Under the pieces are notes generated by a model. The model saw only the letters and a list, made by a program, of their open reading frames with translations, did not search any database and was not told where the DNA came from. Of a DNA stretch of 32,252 nucleotides, positions 24,680 to 32,252 are shown piece after piece; the first letter of the stretch is position 1; each line of letters begins with the position of its first letter. Position numbers and translations under genes: made by a program. The stretch lies in NCBI GenBank assembly GCA_051941275.1, contig JAVEBF010000083.1:1-32252 (forward strand). Reading direction: 5' to 3'. Source of the DNA: Dirinaria sp. TL-2023a. Taxonomy: Eukaryota.

Positions 24680-26184
24680 TCACATCTGGTTCTCTGGCCG
24701 CAACCCTCTATCCAAACGTCAGAAAGAATTAAATGTCGAGCAGATAAGAACTTACCTGACAGCCTTCCCAGCACGCCATATTTCCAGGTCCCGTATTTGC
24801 TGCATCTCCTGTTCATACTTCTGTCGATAGTCGGATTGAGAATTGAAGTCCAGCGATCTTTGCGTCTCCTTGCCATCTTTTACACTATCATATAGCTCAT
24901 TGAACACCGGCTTCAGGGTATCCTTGAATTTAGAAGACCAGTCTGCAGGAATTCAGCATGATTCAGGCCCTCAGAGGTTGTTGGGATAGACATACCAATT
25001 GCTCCGCGCCTCGCTGTGGTGGAGCAAGCCGCATACATCCAATCCATCCCGTTCGCACCAATCAAAGGGTACAGGCTCTGCGTGGCCTCTTCAACTGTTT
25101 CGTTGAAGGCTTCACTTGGGCTGTGGCCGCGCTCGCGCAAAACCTCATACTGCGCAAGAAACATGCCATGAATACCACCCATCAAGCAACCGCGTTCGCC
25201 ATACAGATCTGAGTAGACTTCCTTCTCGAATGTTGTTTTGTATAAGTATCCGCTGCCAACTGCCACGCCCAGAGCGACGGCCTTCTCTTCGGCTTTCCCA
25301 GTGACGTCCTGATATACCGCTACCGAGGAATTGATGCCTCTTCCCTCCTTATAAAGCGACCGAACAGTCCTACCAGAACCTTTGGGCGCGACAAGAATTA
25401 CGTCAATATCTTTGGGTACGTCGACTTTAGTAAGGTCCTTGAATACCGGGGAAAATCCATGAGAAAAGTACAAGGTCTAAAGCGTCAGCCAAAAGAAGCC
25501 AAATGCAATGCTGATCAAGCCATACCTTGCCTTTGGTCAGCTGTGGTTTGATAGCCGGCCATGTTTCGCTTTGTGCAGCGTCGCTAAGCAGGTTCATAAT
25601 CACTGTACCCTTGGATATGGCTTCGTCAACTTCAAAAAGATTGGTACCAGGTATCCAGCCGTCATTTTGAGCCTCATTCCAGGATGCACCGTTCTTCCGA
25701 ACACCAATGATGACGTTCAAACCGTTGTCTCGTAGATTAAGTCCCTGGCCATGACCTTGCGACCCGTACCCAATTAAGGCCAGGGTATCATTCTTGAAGT
25801 ATTCCTGTAAGCCAAAATCAGCGAAAGGCTCAGATATCCAACCTATCAAGCCGACCGGCGCTGAATAGCCTATGACATGGTTTCAAACATACCAGCAGCT
25901 TCGATCTGGGCCAATCCTCGCGCTCTGAGAGCTTGTCAGCAGGACAACCACATTGCTAGACAGGGGCGCTATCTACCATAGACAGTTTCTTTTTGACCAG
26001 CGAAGTCTATCTGTTTCAGTCCTCGAGACTGTATTGTTGCCTGGCTGACAATGGGTTTCCAAGGTGCTGCAAACCCAGCTCTTGACTTGGTCAACGCTGA
26101 GACGAAGCTTCTCTTGTGCGCTGGAGTTGCCAATTGGCGGGTCAATGGCGATCTGAGGGCACGACTGAAGCTTCGGGAAGCCAT
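24680..26184 (-). CDS. ILV5: Mitochondrial ketol-acid reductoisomerase; exons 26184-25977, 25924-25893, 25804-25526, 25476-24996, 24942-24756, 24707-24680
   Basis: Arg/Ser-rich presequence, then RGLKQIDFAG..ETVYEREDWP, LIGYGSQGHGQGLNLRDNG, SHGF, VAPKGSG, SDLYGERGCLMG, FNETVEE, CSTTARRGAIDW, and terminal EIWRAGKAVRGLRPENQM*. Confidence 0.98.
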
Positions 26185-26626
26185 ACTGCGAAGTGAGAAG
26201 GAAACTTTAGGATATCGCAATCCACAGTAGTGGTGGGTTTCGTCCAAGGTAAGATTTGGGAGGGTCGTCCAAGAGCTCAAATAATTCTAGCTCTCTCGCC
26301 AAGCCTCCGATGATCGGCCTCGTTCAAACCCTAGAAAACCCCTTGATTTCAAAATACCCCTTCAATCACTCGCAAAATAAGTGAAGGAGCTTAACAATTA
26401 TCAGAACACAATAGTACCTTTGCAATTAAGGATAGACATAGAGCCTTCTTGGGCATTACCTTGTTCATAACTCAATTCCCCGTTCGGGCCAGGCGGCTGC
26501 TCTTTCTTCAGCTGGTTGAATGTAGGGTTCCGCCGGACCTCGCTTATTTTCCGCCCACAAGGAATTTGATATCGAGCTCCCAGCCGCTAAACTTCCAGCA
26601 AACAGAACAGCACCGCAAACGCCAAC
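26185..26626. promoter_or_regulatory. Compact divergent promoter region shared by ILV5 and RACK1/CPC2
   Basis: 442 bp between oppositely oriented ATGs; contains AAACCCTAG (26326-26334) and TAGGGTT (26523-26529). Confidence 0.55.
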
Positions 26627-27916
26627 ATGTCTGAGCAATTGGTGATGAGAGGTGTGCTCGAGGGCCACAGCGGCTGGGTTACCAGCTTGGCGACCTCGCT
26701 GGAAAAGTCGGTTTCTATATTTTCCATCACCCGATATTACAGAAATCATAGCAACGAGAGCTAACTACGATTTGGTATATAATGTAGCCCAAACATGCTC
26801 CTCTCAAGCAGCCGCGACAAGACGCTCATCATCTGGAATCTGACTCGCGATGACCTGAATTACGGCTACCCGAAGCGAAGCTTACACGGTCACTCCCACA
26901 TCGTCTCCGATTGTGTATGCCGTCTTTTTCCCCACAGAACCCTCCTTCCCTCCCTCATCCCCTATTAATCGAGAATTAGGTGATTTCCTCGGACGGCGCC
27001 TACGCTCTATCAGCGTCCTGGGACAAGACTCTTCGTCTCTGGGAACTGGCAACTGGTGTCACCACCCGCCGCTTCGTGGGCCATAACAATGATGTCCTCT
27101 CTGTTTCCTTCTCTGCCGACAACCGCCAGATTGTCTCCGGATCGCGCGATCGTACCATTAAGCTTTGGAACACTCTCGGGGACTGCAAGTACACCATCAC
27201 CGACAAGGGCCATACCGAGTGGGTGTCCTGCGTGCGCTTCAGCCCAAACCCTCAGAACCCGGTTATTGTGAGCGCGGGATGGGATAAGCTTGTCAAGGTA
27301 TGTAGGACTTGTCTTAAATGGTCGAAGAGATGAATCAGAGGATGCTATGCAACGTTTACGTATTTGCTACTTCAGAGCTTTCGAGCAATGAGACAAACCT
27401 ATCACCGGCGCACTGATGATATTCAATTTACCCCAAATCCCGCGAACATCAATCATTCAATCAGGTACTGATGCTGATTGATCGACAAAGGTCTGGGAAC
27501 TCGCATCCTGCCGCATTCAAACCGACCACATCGGACACACTGGCTATATCAACACCGTAACCATCTCCCCTGATGGCTCCCTATGCGCGTCCGGCGGCAA
27601 GGACGGCACAACCATGCTCTGGGATCTCAACGAGTCCAAGCACCTCTACTCACTTACCGCCGGCGACGAAATCCACGCTCTTGTCTTCTCTCCGAATCGC
27701 TACTGGCTTTGCGCCGCTACCTCCAGTTCAATCATCATCTTCGATCTCGAGAAGAAATCGAAAGTCGACGAGCTGAAGCCTGAGTACACCGCGGTGGGCA
27801 AGAAGAGTCGGGAGCCGGAATGTGTGAGTTTGGCTTGGAGCGCGGACGGACAGACGCTGTTTGCTGGCTATACGGATAACCTCATCCGCGCTTGGGGCGT
27901 GATGGCGAGAGGTTAG
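26627..27916 (+). CDS. CPC2: RACK1 / G-beta-like WD40 40S ribosomal protein; exons 26627-26706, 26788-26914, 26980-27297, 27491-27916
   Basis: [108 protein letters not shown]1/Asc1/Cpc2 signature. Confidence 0.98.
27331..27425 (+). ncRNA. snR24: Box C/D snoRNA U24 (snR24/SNORD24) in intron 3 of RACK1/CPC2
   Basis: Intron 27298-27490 is the gene's longest. It contains variant C box AGGATGC (27339-27345), guide TATTTGCTAC (27361-27370, antisense to LSU rRNA GTAGCAAATA), D' CAGA (27373-27376), GCT-TTCG-AGC hairpin, C' ATGAGA, D box CTGA (27413-27416) and terminal stem TGAATCA/TGATATTCA. Yeast U24 is hosted by the ASC1 intron. Confidence 0.9.
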
Positions 27917-28134
27917 TCAACCATGACAGGAGGCGCATGTATCTGCAATTGAGAGGATGGTTGCAATATGGAATCTGTCGGCGACGGCGCTACAATCAGA
28001 GCCAATGCAAAACATAAGTAAAAGTGCGGCTACATACCACAGACTGACTTCTGCAATGAGCTCTTGCGCGATTGGGATATGTCGTGACGTTAAAACTTTC
28101 AAACAGGGCTCGTTTCCCCCTCGGCTTTTCGTGC

Positions 28135-29485
28135 CTACGCCATGCCTTTGTCCAATCTTCGCAAAGCTTCTCTCCCTCTTACTACACCTTCTTGGAACCC
28201 GATTTTTCTGCTAAATTCAACACCTTGCTCGTAAATTTTTCGCGCTTCTTCGATGTTCCCTTCCATTTCTGCAAACTCTCCAAGATTGATCCGTGTGACT
28301 GCACAAGCTTGATCGCATTCTTCCGTCTTTGTGGGGGCATTTTGTAGTGACTCATGGACTGCGAGCGCTTTCTGCGCCCATGTGCGAGCGGACGATATCT
28401 GAGAGACGGAGGAGGGTGAAGGTATGCCGCCAACTGGAGGAGGATTTTGGAGCGCCAGGGAAACCGAGAGGTTGTTCACTAGTGAGACGTCAGCCAGGAC
28501 TCTGACCAGAAAGCGACCGTAACATACTCAATGTTATCGCATGACAATTGGTCTGTGGTATCATGGAGACAGCTTGCAGAAACAGCGGCACTGCGAGGAA
28601 ATGACGCTTTGTTTGCTCATAATGGGTCCCTAAAGCTGCCGATAAGACAGTGATCAGCAATTCCAGCATCGCCATTCTGAGCAAAGACAGATTCTCACAT
28701 TCTAAAGCAGCACCCATTTCTTCGCCATCCAACCACTCTCCCTCCCCTTCCTTCAAACCTTCTCTCGCCCGCCGCTCATTCTCCTTCAACACCGTTGTCA
28801 CAGCCCATACCATTTTCTCCTCCGCCGCTTCCTGGTTCCCAATACTGTCATCCGCATACAGCTCCCCCAACTTAGTACTAACCCCAATCATCTTCTTTAA
28901 GACGCGATACCTTCTCACTCTATTACTCTCATGCCCACCCCTTTCTGGATCCTCGACAAAATCCTTGCACTGTTGTTGAATGCCCTCCAGCACGTAAATC
29001 GCCTTCTGGAGATCCCCAATAACTTCCATCAGCCTGCTAACTTGGAACCTGATTCCCAGGACCTCGTCACTAAAAGGGTCCATGCGGAGTTCTTTCGCAA
29101 CCTCCAGAGCTTGCCTGTAGTACTTCATGGCGTGCTTAGGTTTGATCTCCACATTGGTGTAATAGACAGCGCGGCGCAGTTTTTGCGCCACAAGTTCCGG
29201 GTACCGTGCGTACTGGTCGACGATATACCACTTGTAGACAAAGTTCAGGTAGACGAGCGTTGAGGCGCCGAAGAGGATCAGGATGGACGCGAGCGTGACG
29301 GATATTGGGTTCTCGTGCCAGAGTTTGTAGGCGGCCGCGCGGGTGGTAACTGGGCGACGAGATAGAGGCCATTGATGGCGTAGGACAGGGAAAGAACGTT
29401 TGGAGTGGTGAGGTAGTGTATGGGAAGGTATTGAGGTACGGCAAAAGGTTGTGCGGAGTGCTCGAGTGCAGGTTCGAGCGAACAT
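28135..29485 (-). CDS. Mitochondrial TPR-like membrane protein, probably MGR3-like (i-AAA protease adaptor); exons 29485-28699, 28635-28528, 28478-28135
   Basis: Arg-rich presequence, one TM, then YPELVAQKLRRAVYY, MDPFSDEVLGI, KLGELY, AEEKMVWAV, LAVPLFLQA, CHAITLMNNL, INLGEFAEMEG helical repeats. Two in-phase introns. The MGR3 label is from resemblance only. Confidence 0.8.
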
Positions 29486-29774
29486 GCTGAGTAAAACGCC
29501 AGCGTCGTGAAGTATACAACTTGACTACGAGGAATAAACAGACGGTGTGCAAACAAGGTGCTCAGGGGCTAACTGAATTGTACCTCAGCAATTTATCGGC
29601 TTGTCATTATTTCACAAATCTGACTCGCTTCGTCTCGTCTTGCCGGCAGATCCTCGGCTATCAATGACGTCGAGCATTGCATCTCAAAGTTCGCGTACAG
29701 CGCGTTTTCTCAACGCATACAGCTCTCTTATAATCGGTCAAGCGACTGATTGAAGGTCCCGCCTTGAATCCATC

Positions 29775-31157
29775 ATGTGTGGACGGTATGCTCTAGGTAT
29801 TGTGAGTCCTGTGCTTCAAGTAATGTTTTTTAAGACTTCATTGACCCATCAAAGCGGGCTTCGTTTGTCCGTTACCAGTTACAGGAGCGTGACATGCCAG
29901 TCGAGGAAGCACCAGATGACGATGACGTAAGGCAGACCTACAATTTCGCGCCTGGCAATCATGGGTTGGTTTATCGAGCCGACGTACCAGATCACGGCGC
30001 TGCCGGTGGGCAAAATGCCGGCGAAGGAGCTCCGTATGGAGGCATTCAGGACGGCGAGGAGGATGATACCACGAGAACTGAAGATCCAAAGGATGTCAAG
30101 TACAAGCTTCAAGCTATGAAGTGGGGTTTGGTACCATTCTGGACGAAAAGAAGCCCAGATTACGGTTCGATGTTGCGGACAATCAACGCTCGAGATGACT
30201 CTCTGGCTTCGAATGGCGGGATGTGGAACACAATGAAGCAGAAAAAGCGGTGCGTTGTCGTTGCACAAGGGTTCTATGAGTGGTTGAAGAAGAATGGGGG
30301 AAAGGAGAAGATTCCACATTACGTTAAGCGTAAAGACGAACAGCTGATGTGTTTCGCCGGCTTATGGGACTGCGTGCAGTACGAAGGTATGACAGCCCTT
30401 GGATGTAGTTTTTGGACAACGCTGACTCCTCATAGGGTCTCACGAAAAGCTTTATACGTACACCATTATCACCACGGACTCGAACAAGCAGCTCTCTTTT
30501 CTGCATGACCGCATGCCTGTGATTTTAGAAAACGGCACCGACCAAATACGTACATGGCTTGACCCTAAGCGCTCGCAATGGTCAAAGGAGCTGCAATCAT
30601 TATTAAAGCCTTTTGCTGGCGAGCTCGAATGCTATCCTGTCGACAAAGCGGTCGGAAAAGTCGGTAACAACTCGCCGGCATTCATTGTGCCTGTCGCAAG
30701 CACGGAGAATAAGAACAATATTGCGAACTTCTTCTCGAATGCCAAGAAGTCCGCTAAAGGTAATACAGAGGAAAAGGTGATCAAAGCGGAGGAAAGTAAA
30801 GCGAAGACTATGGAAGGAGATGTCGAGCGCGGGAAAGATGAGCAGCGGGCCACGACAGAGCAGAGTGGTACAGAAGATAATGCGCCATTACCTTTGGCGT
30901 CTACGGTCCATGAGAAGGCAGGCTTGAAACGGAATCATGAAACGATCGACACGAACGACGAACATGATCCGGACACTAAGATCGCGCGGACAGATGCCGG
31001 CAAGGCGTCCCGGGCATCAGCAGTATCTATTGCGGGCACACCCGAGAAAGCGGCCGATAGGCATACCAAAAGCGCAACCAGTAACGGCACGAAAAAGGGT
31101 AGCCCGACCAAGGCTGGTGATGGTAGTCAGCGCATCACCAATTTCTTCAACAAGTGA
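29775..31157 (+). CDS. SRAP/HMCES (DUF159) abasic-site processing protein; exons 29775-29801, 29855-30386, 30436-31157
   Basis: Short first exon supplies MCGRY (catalytic Cys2). Then YNFAPG, MKWGLVPFW, INARDD, RCVVVAQGFYEW, FAGLWD, spliced YTIITT..LHDRMPVIL, VGKVGNN. Confidence 0.95.
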
Positions 31158-31732
31158 TGCCTTTGCCGCGACGATGCTTCAAACAATGCTCGAGCGGGCC
31201 GCGTGATTGGGGTGCAGGCCCGGCGCGGGTTACACTGCAAACTTGAGAAAAGCCGAAAAGGATGCGTTGCATGCAGCTGATGACTCCTCTGCAAGGCCTG
31301 GAGGGAGCATTACCTTACTTAGTATTAATTATCGGCGCCTGATGCTGCTAAGACGAGGGAGAGGAAAGAAAAGATGGAGGTTACTATCTATATAATAGTA
31401 TTGAGCCTTGCTATCAGCGACCGAAGGGAGGAAGTACGTACAAGTAATTTACAGATTACGATGATTAGGCCACAAGCAAAAGTGCTGCTAGATGAGATGG
31501 CTTGCGCATACCTCTTGTATGGAACGCTTCGCTTCGCTTCGCCTCTTAAGGTTTTTCGTACTGTACAGTATAGTAGCTTTGGGGGGGGGGAGAGGATTGG
31601 TGGTGCAGTCGTCGGGATTGGAAGAATTGATGCGCGAACTCTTGAGAGCCTATGAATAAGCGCCATGTCTCAGTTAGTCAGTACGCACATGATGTGCTGT
31701 CCATGCGGGCTTTCCCTTTAGCTTCTCATTTT

Positions 31733-31760
31733 ATGCAGAGTTGATGCAGAGTTGATGCAG
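31733..31760. repeat. 11-bp tandem repeat (ATGCAGAGTTG x2.5)
   Basis: ATGCAGAGTTG ATGCAGAGTTG ATGCAG. Confidence 0.8.
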
Positions 31761-32009
31761 GTTGGGGGAAAGGCAGATTGGCATGTAGGGAGTACAGGAC
31801 TCCATACATACTGTACAGTGCCCTTATGTGCATGGGTGAGGGGAGTTCGAGGAAGGGATGGTACGAGTACGGGGTGTCGGAGTTCCTCCAATACTACCTA
31901 AGGTATGTATGTACTCGTACAGTACAGTAGCTCTGGTAGTGGCGATGCTCGGTCTTCTGCCGGCAATTGGCAGGTTCAGGCGGCTCCTGCTTTTTCGCCG
32001 CCCATGATC

Positions 32010-32030
32010 ATAATAATAATAATAATAATA
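32010..32030. repeat. (ATA)7 microsatellite
   Basis: Perfect trinucleotide run. Confidence 0.9.
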
Positions 32031-32150
32031 CCAATACCTTAGCTACGGTTACTGTTACAGTAAAGTAGTTCGTCCTGCACCAGAACTCAAATACTTTCCT
32101 ACTCCCAAATCCAATCGTGGTTAAAGTATATTTTCATAAACCTCCACCTC

Positions 32151-32217
32151 CCTACCTACCTTACTTACCTACCTTACCTACCTACCTACCTACCTACCTA
32201 CCTACCTACCTACCTAC
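32151..32217. repeat. (TACC)n microsatellite with TACCT variants
   Basis: About 10 perfect TACC units preceded by imperfect units. Confidence 0.95.
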
Positions 32218-32252
32218 ACCTTCCCCCAACATCTCCCCCCCCTCCCTTCCAA

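Noticed and set aside
24680..26184. ILV5 as a self-resistance gene for the NRPS-like locus
   Set aside because: It lies ~9 kb away beyond a decayed tract, sits among housekeeping genes and looks canonical with a presequence. Only a second genomic ILV5 copy would revive the idea.
32151..32252. Telomere at the window end
   Set aside because: Repeat unit is TACC, not the TTAGGG/CCCTAA telomeric unit, and unique sequence follows.
1..32252. CRISPR arrays, tRNA, rRNA or prokaryotic operons
   Set aside because: Sequence is intron-containing fungal DNA; no repeat-spacer array, cloverleaf or rRNA segment was recognised.

Overview
Eukaryotic DNA from a filamentous ascomycete (Pezizomycotina), judged from short GT-AG introns with CTRAC-type branch points and fungal gene families. 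The raw ORF track fragments almost every gene, so I rebuilt the exon structures by hand. Left ~20 kb looks accessory: a DHA1-type MFS transporter, a Helo-like/NACHT/ankyrin NLR-type gene, and a block bracketed by two AT-rich decayed tracts. That block holds a PTH11/SAT4-like membrane protein gene head-to-head with an A-T-R NRPS-like reductase (in-frame TAG in its R domain) plus a five-exon GFA/Mss4-like gene. Right ~11 kb is compact and housekeeping-like: an uncharacterised type II membrane DxD protein, a PLP serine/threonine dehydratase (SRY1-like), ILV5, RACK1/CPC2 with an intronic U24 box C/D snoRNA, an MGR3-like TPR protein and a SRAP/HMCES protein. Best leads: the U24 copy keeps its D' guide but has a rewritten D-box guide (possible retargeting), the stop-interrupted NRPS-like gene and its neighbours, and the DxD protein. 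All family assignments come from motif recognition; no database search was run.
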